A stretch of DNA of 64,000 nucleotides, taken from Verrucomicrobiota bacterium. GTDB lineage: Bacteria; Verrucomicrobiota; Kiritimatiellia; JAKQHR01. The notes under the pieces are model-generated. The model was not told the origin of the DNA. It worked only from the letters and a program-made list of their open reading frames with translations, and ran no database searches. The stretch spans positions 23,109 through 87,108 of the forward strand of contig JAKQHR010000072.1 in NCBI GenBank assembly GCA_029557905.1. The letters are read 5' to 3'. A program made the translations under genes and the position numbers. Positions 39,821 to 50,339 of this stretch are shown here, one piece after another. The first letter of the stretch is position 1. Each line of letters starts with the position of its first letter.

Positions 39821-40108
39821 ATGAAACTGGGCAAAGTCATTGGACAGGTTGTTCCATGCGAGGTTTACGAGGGACTCGAAACCGTTCCCATGCTCTGGGT
39901 GCAGCCGCTCGACAAGAAGGGCCATCCCAAGGGCGCAGCGATCGTCTGTGCGGATTCCACCCGCATGGCGGGTCCCGGGGAGCTGATCTACTATGAGGGC
40001 GGACGGGAAGCCGCAATGACACTGGATCCGGTTTTTGTTCCTGTTGACCATGCCATTGTCGGCATCGTGGACGACATGGCGCTGGACCAGGGTGGAGGTG
40101 ACGCATGA
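39821..40108 (+). CDS. BMC-P pentameric vertex protein, paralog 2
   Basis: MKLGKVIGQVVPCEVYEGLETVPMLWVQPLD... matches the EutN/CcmL fold pattern. The start is set at the internal Met of ORF 39674. Confidence 0.8.
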   Translation: MKLGKVIGQVVPCEVYEGLETVPMLWVQPLDKKGHPKGAAIVCADSTRMAGPGELIYYEGGREAAMTLDPVFVPVDHAIVGIVDDMALDQGGGDA

Positions 40109-40374
40109 TCGCAGGCAGAGTGACCGGCCATATCTTCTCCACGATCAACCATCCCTTCTATGACGGGAAGCGCATGCTTGTCGTCGAGAAGATTGACGAA
40201 AACGGGAAGGCGCTGAACGATTATGTCATTGCCGTGGACACCGTGGATGCCGGACCCGGCGACAAGGTTCTCATCGTGGATGAGGGCAACGGAGCGCGCC
40301 AGATTCTTCAGTCCTCCGACGGCCCCGTTCGCTCCGTGATTGTCGGGATCATTGATCAGATCACAGTGGATTGA
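40105..40374 (+). CDS. BMC-P pentameric vertex protein, paralog 3
   Basis: MIAGRVTGHIFSTINHPFYDGKRMLVVEKIDENG...VDTVDAGPGDKVLIVDEGNGAR is the EutN/PduN pattern. Overlaps paralog 2 by 4 nt. Confidence 0.8.
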   Translation: MIAGRVTGHIFSTINHPFYDGKRMLVVEKIDENGKALNDYVIAVDTVDAGPGDKVLIVDEGNGARQILQSSDGPVRSVIVGIIDQITVD

Positions 40375-40399
40375 TCAGCCGGTCCGGCACGGCTCCGGC

Positions 40400-43300
40400 C
40401 TATTCCTCCTTGATTCCGTACCGCTTCCGGAAAAACGAAGCAACAGACTCTACCGTGCTGTACATCGAAGGCACAAGCAGAAGTGTAAGAATGGTGGCCA
40501 GAAGCAGGCCAAACACCACGGCAATGGCCATTGGCGCCCACCACTGGGTTGATTCGGCTCCGGCGATAATGCGCGGCGGCCACTGATGAAATTCCACACT
40601 ATAGCCCACCGCCATGGGAAGCAGACCCAGTATGGTAGTGACCGCCGTCAGCAGGACGGGGCGCAGGCGCATGGCTCCAGCGGCAATTACAGCTTCTCTC
40701 GTATCCATCCCCTCTTCCCGCCGCTGCAGGATGCAGTCAATGAGCACAATGGCATTATTAACGACTATTCCGGCCAGACTGATCACCCCCAGGCCCGTCA
40801 TGATGATCCCGAATTTCATCCGGCAGAGCATCAGCCCCCACATGACCCCAATAAGAGATAATAGGACGGTAAACATGATAACAAACGGGAGCAGCACGGA
40901 GTTGAACTGGATCACGAGTATCACAAAGATGAGTCCGCTGGCGATCATGAAAGCTCTGCCCAGAAACTCGCCCGACTCCTGCATTTCCTGCGTATCGCCG
41001 GCGTACGTAATCGTATAGCCGCGGGGAAGTGTCATATCGGACAGCCGCACCTTCACATCGGCAAAGATTTCATCCACTCCCCTGTGCTGATTATCCCCGA
41101 TGATCTTGATCACCCGCTTCTGGTTCTTTCGCTTGATGGCACCCTTCCCGCCTGTGTATTCAACACGGCCCAGAGAGGTCAGGGGCACGTTTTGTCCGGT
41201 CGGTGCGGGTATCAGAATCTGATCCAGCAGGGTCACGGTATTACGCTGCTCTTCCGGAAGGCGGAGAGTGATGTCATATTCATCCTCGTCGGCCCGGAAT
41301 TTGCTGCTCTCTGTTCCATAGACCGCCGTGCGCAGGAAATTACCGATCCGGGAGGTGTCCAGACCAAACAGCGCGGCGCGCTCGCGGTTTACGACAAACT
41401 GAATTTCCGGGAGAGCATCCTCCATATCATCGCGCAGCTCCACGAGCCCGGGGACCGTATCTATCCGGTGGAGGATTTCAGAGGCGTAATCCGAAAGCAC
41501 CTCGAAATCATCCCCCGAAATCTCAATTTCAACGGGATTCCCCATGGGCGGACCTTCTTCCTGTTTCGTCACGGTAACCTCAGCCCCGGGAATGAGACCT
41601 ATGTCATCGCGTATCTGCGCGATCAGATCAAAGGTGCTGCCTTTCCGGTCCTGCGCCGCATGAAACTCCACATGAATGTTTGCAATGTGTGTCCCTCCCT
41701 GCCCGCCTCCTATAATTCCACCGGCGGCAGATCCCACCGTGGAGAGACAAAACTTGATATCTTCGTACTTCTTCAGCTTCTCTTCAATAGCCGCAACCGC
41801 TGAATCCGTGCGTTCAATGCTGGTGCCTTCGGGGAATTTAATGCCGATGGTTGCGGAGCGGGGCTCCACTTCGGGAAAGAGTTCAAACCCGAGATCCTTT
41901 CGCGCATACAGCATGAATGAAAACACAAGGAATGCGAAACCCAGCGCCAGCACGGTCAGTCGGTTCGCGAGCACGAACCGGAGCAGTTTCTCATAGCCAT
42001 GAACAAACCAGTGCTGCCGCGGACGAGCCTCACGCTTTCTGGCACTGATCAGCGCCGAACACACAGCCGGGTTAATGACGATGGCGACGAAAAGCGATGC
42101 GCTCAGAACGATCAGCAGTGTGCGCGGCAGAAATCCCATGAACTGCCCCATAATATCCGGCCAGAAAAGGAGAGGACAAAAGGCGGCCAGCGTGGTGAGC
42201 GTTGAGGTGATCACGGGCCAGGCCACTTCAGATGCGCCCCGTCGGGCGGATTCATGCCGGGTCAAACCCAGGGTCCTGTTGCGATAGATGTTTTCTACAA
42301 TCACAATGGCGTTATCCACAAGCATGCCGACCGCCAGCACCAGACTGAACAGCACAATCATGTTCAGCGTCATGCCTCTGGCACTAATGACCGTAAAGGC
42401 AATCAGCATGGAGAAGGGAATAGCCAGGCCCACAAAGAATGCGTTGCGCCATCCCAGAAATACAAGCAGCACCACCACAACAAGAATAAAGCCGGTGGCA
42501 ATATTGTTTTCCAGTTCTTCGATCATCATGCGGACATATTCCGACTGGTCCATAACAATGGTGACCTCGATTCCCGGCGGGAAACCATAACTGTCAAGGA
42601 CTGTGCGCACGCGGTCAATGACCCCCACGGTGTTTTCGCCTGAGCGCTTCATCAGCGAAATGGACACGCTGGGCTTCCCGTTGATGCGTGAAATGGAGGA
42701 TAGATCCTTGTAGGTGTCGGTGATCGTGGCGATATCGCGCAGGTAGACGGACCGGCCACCGCGATCGACCAGCATAAGGTCGCGGATATTTGGGACCAGT
42801 TCAAACTCACCGGGGATGCGGACCTGGAATTTGTCCCCTCTAGTCTCCAGATTCCCGGCCGATATGGTTCTGTTTTCAGAGGCTATCCTCTGGAGCACCA
42901 GGTCCATCGGAATCCCAAAGGCAGCCAGGCGGCTGATGTCAATTTCCACCCGGATTTCTCGCTCCCGCGTCCCGGATATCACTGCCTGTTTCACCCCGGG
43001 AAGCTGTTCGATGCGATCTTCCAAATCCTCAGCAAGGTTTTTGAGACGGTCCAGAGGAGTGTCGCCGGACAAGGTGAAAAGAAGTACAGGCCAGTCTGTG
43101 CTGAAATTGACAGCCTGCGCAACCGGTTCATCCAGGTCGGCCGGCAGATCGGGACGGGCCAGATCAATCTTGTTCTTCACCCGCTGGAGAGCAAGGTCCA
43201 TATCCTCCCCGGAGAGGAACTCAATGGCAATGGAAGATACCCCCTCAGCCGAGGTGGAGGTGATGTCCTTCACGTTCTCAAGGTCATTGAACTGCTCCTC

Positions 43301-43501
43301 CAGCGGAACCGTAACGAGCTTCTCCATTTCAGACGGAGCCGTGCCCTCGTAAACCGCCGTCAAAAAAACATAGGGGATCGTGAGATCCGGCGCGCCTTCA
43401 CGCGGAAGCCTCAAATAGGCGCTCACGCCGGCAAAAATCAGCACCACGATGAATACAAACACCGCGGTACGAAATTTAATGGCATAGTTGCTGATCAGCA
43501 T
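40400..43501 (-). CDS. RND efflux transporter, inner-membrane subunit (AcrB/CzcA superfamily)
   Basis: 1033 aa with 12 TM helices and two large periplasmic loops. Typical RND conservation throughout. Confidence 0.85.
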   Translation of the reverse strand: MLISNYAIKFRTAVFVFIVVLIFAGVSAYLRLPREGAPDLTIPYVFLTAVYEGTAPSEMEKLVTVPLEEQFNDLENVKDITSTSAEGVSSIAIEFLSGEDMDLALQRVKNKIDLARPDLPADLDEPVAQAVNFSTDWPVLLFTLSGDTPLDRLKNLAEDLEDRIEQLPGVKQAVISGTREREIRVEIDISRLAAFGIPMDLVLQRIASENRTISAGNLETRGDKFQVRIPGEFELVPNIRDLMLVDRGGRSVYLRDIATITDTYKDLSSISRINGKPSVSISLMKRSGENTVGVIDRVRTVLDSYGFPPGIEVTIVMDQSEYVRMMIEELENNIATGFILVVVVLLVFLGWRNAFFVGLAIPFSMLIAFTVISARGMTLNMIVLFSLVLAVGMLVDNAIVIVENIYRNRTLGLTRHESARRGASEVAWPVITSTLTTLAAFCPLLFWPDIMGQFMGFLPRTLLIVLSASLFVAIVINPAVCSALISARKREARPRQHWFVHGYEKLLRFVLANRLTVLALGFAFLVFSFMLYARKDLGFELFPEVEPRSATIGIKFPEGTSIERTDSAVAAIEEKLKKYEDIKFCLSTVGSAAGGIIGGGQGGTHIANIHVEFHAAQDRKGSTFDLIAQIRDDIGLIPGAEVTVTKQEEGPPMGNPVEIEISGDDFEVLSDYASEILHRIDTVPGLVELRDDMEDALPEIQFVVNRERAALFGLDTSRIGNFLRTAVYGTESSKFRADEDEYDITLRLPEEQRNTVTLLDQILIPAPTGQNVPLTSLGRVEYTGGKGAIKRKNQKRVIKIIGDNQHRGVDEIFADVKVRLSDMTLPRGYTITYAGDTQEMQESGEFLGRAFMIASGLIFVILVIQFNSVLLPFVIMFTVLLSLIGVMWGLMLCRMKFGIIMTGLGVISLAGIVVNNAIVLIDCILQRREEGMDTREAVIAAGAMRLRPVLLTAVTTILGLLPMAVGYSVEFHQWPPRIIAGAESTQWWAPMAIAVVFGLLLATILTLLLVPSMYSTVESVASFFRKRYGIKEE

Positions 43502-43512
43502 CAGGTGTTCCT

Positions 43513-44586
43513 TCAGTTCATAATATCAAGAAGCACCCCGTCGGACAGCGCGCGATGGCCCTCAATCACCAGCTGATCTCCGGCGGACAGCCCCTCGGAC
43601 AAAACAGCCCGGTCATCCAGAATGCGGTCCAGCTTGACAAGCCGTCGCACGGCACGACCTTCCTCCACAACAAAAACCACATGCTCCCCTTTCTTGGGAA
43701 TGACCGCCGCCAGCGGCACCGCAACGGCATTGTCCATAACGCCAAGCGGAAGATCAACAGCGACCACCATGCCGGGCTTCAGGTCGCCCGCCGCGTTCTC
43801 CACCAGGAGTTCCGCCGGGAATGCATTGTTTTCGCGGTTTGCTGCAGGGGAAACAAATGAAACCGTCCCCGTAAAGGTGCGCCCGCCCAGCGCCGGGCCG
43901 GTGAATCTCATCTCTGTTCCCGTCCCGACGGACAAAATGCGGCGTTCAGGGATATCAAAACGCACCTTGACCCTTGAAGTGTCCACGACAGTGAACACAG
44001 GCTGGCCCTCATTGGCATACTCGCCCTCCTCCACCTTACGGCTGGATATTTGACCGTCCACAGGACTTTTCACGAAGCACTGCGAAAGACCAATATCCGC
44101 CTGTCGAACTGCAATATCAGAGGCCTCCTTGCGAAGTTTGATATCCTCAGATTCCTTGGTGGAAACTGCGCCGCTTTTTTCCATTTCCTGCCAGCGCTTT
44201 AAATCGGCAGCCATCTGCCGGTTCTCTATTTCGGCCTGTTCCAGCATGGCTTTCGACGTCCGGTCATCCAGGCGCATTAAAATCCGGCCCTGTTTGACGA
44301 GATCCCCTTTTTCGGCCAGAATCTCAACCACCCGCCCGGATTTCTCCGCGGAAAGAACGGCTTCCACAAAGGCCTCAATCCGGGCCGGGACCGTGATTCC
44401 CAAAGGAACTGCCTGCGGCTCAATCAGCAGGGTCCGAACAGCAACAGACTTTTCCGGCGGCGCTTCGGGTTCAGGCGCAGCAGGTTTAAAAATCGCCATG
44501 AGAACGATTCCGAGTACAACCAGAGTGAGAATAATCCACAGGATGATTCTGCCGATTACATGTTTCCTGGAATTTTCATTTTTCAT
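43513..44586 (-). CDS. RND efflux periplasmic adaptor (membrane fusion protein, HlyD/AcrA family)
   Basis: N-terminal TM anchor, coiled-coil hairpin, then lipoyl/beta-barrel regions (LVKQGRILMRLDD...). The start is set at MKNENSR. Confidence 0.75.
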   Translation of the reverse strand: MKNENSRKHVIGRIILWIILTLVVLGIVLMAIFKPAAPEPEAPPEKSVAVRTLLIEPQAVPLGITVPARIEAFVEAVLSAEKSGRVVEILAEKGDLVKQGRILMRLDDRTSKAMLEQAEIENRQMAADLKRWQEMEKSGAVSTKESEDIKLRKEASDIAVRQADIGLSQCFVKSPVDGQISSRKVEEGEYANEGQPVFTVVDTSRVKVRFDIPERRILSVGTGTEMRFTGPALGGRTFTGTVSFVSPAANRENNAFPAELLVENAAGDLKPGMVVAVDLPLGVMDNAVAVPLAAVIPKKGEHVVFVVEEGRAVRRLVKLDRILDDRAVLSEGLSAGDQLVIEGHRALSDGVLLDIMN

Positions 44587-45919
44587 TTTCCGCCTGCTCC
44601 ACGTTGTCTTCCAGCAAATCAGTGCCGCAGGCATGGTCCAGTGCGGCCAGGGCCTGCTGATGGCTCTTAAGAGCCATCAGGTGATACAGTTTTGCGTTGT
44701 TTAGTGAGAGATTGCTGTCTGCAAATTCCAGATGAGTGGCCAGCCCCTCGTCATAACGGACGCGGGCAATCTGGAGGGCCTTCTCCGCAAGAGCCACGGT
44801 TTCCCTCGTGCTGAGCACGACTTCTTCGGCATGTTTCAGCGTCAGAAATGCATTCCTGATTTCCAGCCTGATGGCGCGGCGAAGATTCTCCTGCTCTGCA
44901 ACCGCAATATCCCGCTGAAGCTCAGCGGTCCTGAATTCCGCTTTTTTCAGGCCGCCGTCCATGATGTTCCACGAGGCGGAAAGCCCGGCATTCCAGCCCC
45001 ATTCCCAGTCGTCAGCTGAAGGATCTTCGTCCCCGGGATTGGTCCCCTTGTAATTCGCGAAGGCACGGATCTCCGGGCGGTAATCCGAGCGTGCAACACG
45101 TATGTTCTCCTCCCGCATTTGGACGTTCAGCTGGGCCTGCCTCAATTCCGGACGGTTACGTGCAGCCGTCTCAATCAGGCCTTCATATGTGAAATCCACC
45201 GGACGATATTCCAGCTCCCCCTCAATGACAAAATCATCACCATCGGCAAGGATGAGATCCTTGAGAGCGGCCATGACCAGCTCGTACCGGTTCCGGGCCT
45301 GCACCAGCCGGGGCCTTTCATTGGCAAGATTAACCTGTGCGGTCAGCCGGTCATATTCAGAGGCGGCGGCATTCTGATACCGGGTTCGCGCCTGCTGCTC
45401 GAAATCAGACAGCTGCTGCACAGAAGCCTCGGCAACTTCAACGGCTTTCTCGGCATAGAGCGCCTCATAGAAGGCCTGACGGATGTCGCGTATCAGTTCA
45501 GCCTGCTGGCGCCGGGTGTCCTCTGATGCGAAGGCCCGGTAATCGCGCGCGGCTCGCAAAGCGGCGCGAACGCCTCCGCCGGAATAGAGCAGCTGACTGG
45601 CCTCCACTCCGGCCGCATAGTTGTCTTCCCTCCCGAAGGGCTCTTCCATGCCGGGGAAAGTCGGAACTTCATCGAGCCGTGTGAAAGAACTGGAGGCATC
45701 AAGCGAGGGCAGCGCCCGCGCGCGAACCTGCCGGACCTTTTCGACGGCCAGCAGCTCTCCTCGGCGCGCATTTGAAAGATCCAGTGAACGCTGCAGCCCG
45801 AGGGCTATGCAGTCCTCAAGCGAATAGGCATGTTCTGCAGACGGCCGGTCGGCGGCGACCAGCAGCACCGGAAACAGAAAACAGAATAATATATTCCTCC
45901 ACATAGGGATCACACCCAT
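44576..45919 (-). CDS. outer membrane efflux protein (TolC-like OMF)
   Basis: Signal peptide. Duplicated OEP repeats with characteristic LEDCIALGLQRSLDL and coiled-coil segments. Completes the omf-mfp-rnd operon. Confidence 0.75.
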   Translation of the reverse strand: MGVIPMWRNILFCFLFPVLLVAADRPSAEHAYSLEDCIALGLQRSLDLSNARRGELLAVEKVRQVRARALPSLDASSSFTRLDEVPTFPGMEEPFGREDNYAAGVEASQLLYSGGGVRAALRAARDYRAFASEDTRRQQAELIRDIRQAFYEALYAEKAVEVAEASVQQLSDFEQQARTRYQNAAASEYDRLTAQVNLANERPRLVQARNRYELVMAALKDLILADGDDFVIEGELEYRPVDFTYEGLIETAARNRPELRQAQLNVQMREENIRVARSDYRPEIRAFANYKGTNPGDEDPSADDWEWGWNAGLSASWNIMDGGLKKAEFRTAELQRDIAVAEQENLRRAIRLEIRNAFLTLKHAEEVVLSTRETVALAEKALQIARVRYDEGLATHLEFADSNLSLNNAKLYHLMALKSHQQALAALDHACGTDLLEDNVEQAENEK

Positions 45920-45977
45920 ATCCTTGAAACAAAAACCGGAATTCTATCCGGCCGAAGGACAAAATAAAGAACAACCT

Positions 45978-46781
45978 CTACAAATTTCCCCCTGCTTCCC
46001 ACTGCCGAAGATGAGACTGGATAAAAGCGATGATCTGCTGGTTTTCATCCCGGCCGCCCGGACTCTTTATGGAAATAGGCGGACCGAATGCAAAATGAAT
46101 AGGTTTGCTGCGGTCGATGGGCCCGAAAGCCTTGGCCCACCGCGCATTTCCCCACCAGTCGGTCTTAAGCGCCACAGGAATCACGCGCACGCCCGCCCGG
46201 GATGCCAGCTTCACGCCAATGGAGTTAAACTCCTCTGGAATAAATTCCACCTTGCGGGTGTGCTGCGGGAAAATGATGATGGAAACACCGCGAGCAAGCT
46301 TCTCGCACCCTTCGTTCATCACCCGCTTGAAATCCTCCCGGGGATTGGTGCGCCCGACGGGAATGGGATCCCGGGCGCGCATAATCGGCCCGAAAAACGG
46401 GCCCGTCACCAGCCGCTCCTTCACGACATACGTCGCCTCCATGACCGACGCAACGAAAAACGGCATCACCATGGTTTCAAGTGTGCTCATATGGTTGCCG
46501 ATAAAGACAATCGGCTCCTTCAGATCGCGGAAATGCTCGAGTCCGGTGATATGAAAACGGCCGCCGCACTCCTCGATGAGCTGATAAAACTCATACGAAG
46601 CATGAACCCACGCAGCCCGGTCATATTTTCCTTCCAGGGCAATCCGCCGTGACTTGAAAAGATATCCGAGAAAACGTGACATAAAATACACTCGCGAACC
46701 CATCAGCAGGCGGTCACCCAGTTTGCGCGGCATATCCGGCGGCGTGTGATATTCATTCTGCGGAAAATATTCTTCTTTCAT
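45978..46781 (-). CDS. lysophospholipid acyltransferase (PlsC/LPLAT family)
   Basis: FIGNHMSTLE (HX4D/E-type motif) and downstream FPQHTR/PV blocks typical of glycerolipid acyltransferases. Confidence 0.6.
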   Translation of the reverse strand: MKEEYFPQNEYHTPPDMPRKLGDRLLMGSRVYFMSRFLGYLFKSRRIALEGKYDRAAWVHASYEFYQLIEECGGRFHITGLEHFRDLKEPIVFIGNHMSTLETMVMPFFVASVMEATYVVKERLVTGPFFGPIMRARDPIPVGRTNPREDFKRVMNEGCEKLARGVSIIIFPQHTRKVEFIPEEFNSIGVKLASRAGVRVIPVALKTDWWGNARWAKAFGPIDRSKPIHFAFGPPISIKSPGGRDENQQIIAFIQSHLRQWEAGGNL

Positions 46782-46834
46782 AGAACGGGATTAGACAAAA
46801 AAACAGGACATCGAATCAAGCGCAGACTTGCAGA

Positions 46835-47548
46835 CTAATATGGGAGCTTTGGCTCGTCCGTCTTTGGGCGCGCATTTTCACGCACGGGCGTCCTGGACAT
46901 CAGAAAGGCGTGCAAATGCTCCGCCAGCAGGATTAGACAGGTGAGGATCAGCAGTGCTGCCGCCACCCAAATCCAAATAATCTTGGCTGGAATTTTTTCC
47001 GCAAGGGCCCCATCGCCCGCCATGACCGCATGAGTGCCCGCAAGAGCCGCCAGCAGAACAATCCCGATCAGCAGGGCATAACGCAGCACCTCATTTACAA
47101 TGGCGTGGCGTTTTTCATGCGATTGTTCGGCCAGATGGAGCCAACAGGCCTTTGCAGGAATGACGGGCAGCAGAAGGAAGAAAACCAGATTCATAAGCGG
47201 CGTAAAAGAATATCCGAGCCGGATCAGGCTGTTCCAGAGCAGAACGAGGATGGTCCATCCAAACAGATGAAAAATGGTAAAAAGGAGAAACGGGGTGAAG
47301 CGGGATTGCGGTATGACGCGGGAACTGTCGGGGAAATGTGCCAGATGGAGGTGATATCCGCCCCACAATATCAAATGCAGACCCGCAGCAAACCCCAGTG
47401 CCCCCCAGATCACCGGGCCGCTTCGGCCAGGCACGAAAGCAATGGTGAAAAGGGCAAACAGAAGCGGCACCGCCCCCATGGCCTGGGTCCGGCGGTAAGA
47501 TACCCGCCACTCCTGCAAAGACGCTTTGGACAAATCAAACAGTCCCAT
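46835..47548 (-). CDS. polytopic membrane protein, hypothetical
   Basis: At least six hydrophobic helices. No assignable family. Confidence 0.4.
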   Translation of the reverse strand: MGLFDLSKASLQEWRVSYRRTQAMGAVPLLFALFTIAFVPGRSGPVIWGALGFAAGLHLILWGGYHLHLAHFPDSSRVIPQSRFTPFLLFTIFHLFGWTILVLLWNSLIRLGYSFTPLMNLVFFLLLPVIPAKACWLHLAEQSHEKRHAIVNEVLRYALLIGIVLLAALAGTHAVMAGDGALAEKIPAKIIWIWVAAALLILTCLILLAEHLHAFLMSRTPVRENARPKTDEPKLPY

Positions 47549-47676
47549 TCGACTTTCTCCATTCAGTCAGCGGAAGCCTATCACATCACCCCCCAAGGGG
47601 AAAGTCTTCCTTCTGCTTGTCATGCCTCATGCGATAAGCTAATAATCCTGAAAACAAATCTTTCGGAGTTTCTGGC

Positions 47677-48603
47677 ATGACAAGAAATATGATCATTCTG
47701 GGCACAGGTCCGGCGGGACTGACCGCCGCCATCTATGCGGCGCGCGCCAGGCTGGAGCCGCTGGTTGTGGAAGGCATGCAGCCCGGCGGCCAGCTCACCA
47801 GCACCACCGACATTGAGAATTATCCGGGTTTTGAAAACGGCATTGGCGGATTTGAGCTGATGGATATCATGAAACGGCAGGCTGTGCGGTTCGGCACTGA
47901 CTTCGTTTCAGGAACCGCCGTGTCTGTGGATTTCAAGAACCGACCCCTGCGCATCACGTTGTCTGACGGGTCTGTGCATGAAACAGAGACGCTTATCATT
48001 GCCACGGGCGCCAGTGCGCGCTATCTGGGCCTTGAATCAGAACAGAAACTCATGGGCAAAGGGGTGTCCGGATGCGCCACCTGCGACGGGGCGTTTTTTC
48101 GCGATGTTCCCGTGGCGGTGATCGGCGGAGGGGACACCGCGACAGAAGAAGCGCTCTTCCTGACTCGTTTCGCCTCGAAGGTCTATATTATTCACCGCCG
48201 CGACCAGCTCCGCGCATCCAGAATCATGGCCGATCGCGTGCTTTCGCACGCGAAAATCGAGATGGTTTGGAACAGTGTGGTCGAGGATGTCCTGGATGTG
48301 GCCCAGGACAAGGTCACGGCCCTGCGCCTGAAAAATGTCAAAACAGGCGCCTCGTCCGAACTGCCGGTCGAAGGGATGTTTCTTGGAATTGGCCATCAGC
48401 CCAACACAGAACCGTTCAAAGGCCATCTCAAACTGAACGAGCAGGGTTACATTATCACGCAGGAAACCTCCACGGACATCGAAGGGGTCTATGCCGCAGG
48501 CGATGTTCAAGACCCGCACTACCGGCAGGCGGTCACGGCAGCCGGCTCCGGCTGCATGGCGGCCCTGAAGGCTGAGCGCTATCTGGAGGAACATGGTTTC
48601 TAA
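47677..48603 (+). CDS. trxB: thioredoxin-disulfide reductase
   Basis: GTGPAGLTAAIYAARA (FAD), redox-active GCATCDGAFF, GGGDTATEEALFL (NADPH). Confidence 0.85.
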   Translation: MTRNMIILGTGPAGLTAAIYAARARLEPLVVEGMQPGGQLTSTTDIENYPGFENGIGGFELMDIMKRQAVRFGTDFVSGTAVSVDFKNRPLRITLSDGSVHETETLIIATGASARYLGLESEQKLMGKGVSGCATCDGAFFRDVPVAVIGGGDTATEEALFLTRFASKVYIIHRRDQLRASRIMADRVLSHAKIEMVWNSVVEDVLDVAQDKVTALRLKNVKTGASSELPVEGMFLGIGHQPNTEPFKGHLKLNEQGYIITQETSTDIEGVYAAGDVQDPHYRQAVTAAGSGCMAALKAERYLEEHGF

Positions 48604-50335
48604 CACTCCACCCGCCGAGTGGCAAACCTATCGCCGGCTGCTGCATTATGCGAGGCCCTACTCCGTCCGCATTGCCCTGGGTCTTTTTTTCGGCATGATA
48701 TTCGGCGGCTCGTATCTCGGCATTCTCCTTTCGCTTAAAAAAAACCTCGCCGCCATGTTCGATACGTCCACGCTGCCGCTGGGGATCATTCTCTCCATTG
48801 CCGCCCTGCTTCCGGTCTGCACTGTCTTTATGGGAATCGGCAATTTTTTCAGCAAATATTTTGTGGAATGGGTCGGGAACCGCGTGGTGATGGACCTGCG
48901 CACACAAACTTTCGCTCACATTCATGACCTCAGCCTGCTCTATTTTACGCGCAGCCGCACAGGCGAACTGATTTCGCGCACAGCCAATGACAGTGCCCTT
49001 GTTGAACGCGCCGTTTCCACAGTGCTCGGCGATCTGGTGCGTGAACCGTTTGTCCTGGCATCTGCTGTAGGATATCTGCTCTGGCTGGACTGGAGACTTT
49101 GTCTTGTCAGCCTTGTGGTCTTTCCTCTGTGCATCATTCCCGTGGCCATATTCGGCCGGCGGGTGCGCAAGGCCTCGCGCGAAGGGCAGCAGAAGCTGGC
49201 GGACATCGTCACCATTCTCCAGGAGACCATCACCGGGGTTCGGGTGGTCAAAGCCTTCGGCATGGAGGATTACGAGAAGGCCCGCTTCAACAGCCGCAGT
49301 CGTTCCGTGTTTTCCCGCCTCATGCGCGTCACCAAGGCCAAAGCCGCCGTGGAGCCCGTGATTGTGGTGATATCCTCAATCGGACTTTCCGCCGTGCTTG
49401 TTTATGCCCGCATCGTGCATATGCCCATGGAGGAGTTCTTCACATTTGCCGCAGCGCTGATGATGATGTACCAGCCGGTGAAAAATCTCAGCAAACTCCA
49501 CCTGAATATTCAGCACAGCAGCGCCGCCGCCGACCGCATTTTCGAAGTGCTGGACACTGAAATCTCCGTGGTCGAGGCGCCTGATGCGGTTCCTTTTCAG
49601 GAGCGCATTGAAACCGTGCGTTTTGATCATGTGTCTTTCAGCTATGAAGAGGCCAGTCCGGTCCTCTCGGATATCAGTTTCTCCGTCAAAGCCGGCGAAT
49701 GTGTGGCTTTTGTCGGAAGTTCCGGTTCGGGTAAAACCACTCTGGTGGGCCTGCTCCCCCGTTTCTTTGATCCCACCGGAGGACAGATTCTTTTCAACAG
49801 CGAGCCGGCGCAGAAGTTCACGCTGGCCTCGCTTCGCGCTCAAATGGGTATTGTGACACAGGAGACGATTCTTTTCAACGACACGGTGGCCAACAACATT
49901 GCTTATGGGGACCGGAACGCGTCCCGCGAGGCCATTGAGCAGGCCGCCCGAAAAGCCCATGCGCATGACTTCATCATGGAAATGCCGGAAGGATATGAAA
50001 CGATGATCGGCGAGCGGGGGGTTCGCCTGTCGGGGGGCCAATGTCAGCGGCTTGCCATTGCGCGCGCCATGCTGCGCAATCCGCCGGTTCTGATCCTGGA
50101 CGAAGCCACCAGCGCACTGGACACGGAGTCCGAGCGGCAGGTTCAGGCTGCGCTCGATGAGCTTATGACCAGCCGCACGGTCTTTGCCATTGCACACCGC
50201 CTCTCGACCATCGCGCATGCCGACCGGATCATCGTGCTGGACAAAGGGCGCATTGCGGAACAGGGCACACACGAGGATCTCATTGCCCGGGACGGGCTGT
50301 ACAAATACCTCTATGACCTTCAGTTTTCCCGCTAG
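48593..50335 (+). CDS. ABC transporter, fused permease/ATPase (MsbA-like lipid exporter family)
   Basis: Six-TM exporter domain plus NBD with GSSGSGKTT, LSGGQCQRLAIARA, ILDEATSALD. Confidence 0.8.
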   Translation: MVSNTPPAEWQTYRRLLHYARPYSVRIALGLFFGMIFGGSYLGILLSLKKNLAAMFDTSTLPLGIILSIAALLPVCTVFMGIGNFFSKYFVEWVGNRVVMDLRTQTFAHIHDLSLLYFTRSRTGELISRTANDSALVERAVSTVLGDLVREPFVLASAVGYLLWLDWRLCLVSLVVFPLCIIPVAIFGRRVRKASREGQQKLADIVTILQETITGVRVVKAFGMEDYEKARFNSRSRSVFSRLMRVTKAKAAVEPVIVVISSIGLSAVLVYARIVHMPMEEFFTFAAALMMMYQPVKNLSKLHLNIQHSSAAADRIFEVLDTEISVVEAPDAVPFQERIETVRFDHVSFSYEEASPVLSDISFSVKAGECVAFVGSSGSGKTTLVGLLPRFFDPTGGQILFNSEPAQKFTLASLRAQMGIVTQETILFNDTVANNIAYGDRNASREAIEQAARKAHAHDFIMEMPEGYETMIGERGVRLSGGQCQRLAIARAMLRNPPVLILDEATSALDTESERQVQAALDELMTSRTVFAIAHRLSTIAHADRIIVLDKGRIAEQGTHEDLIARDGLYKYLYDLQFSR

Positions 50336-50339
50336 CGGG

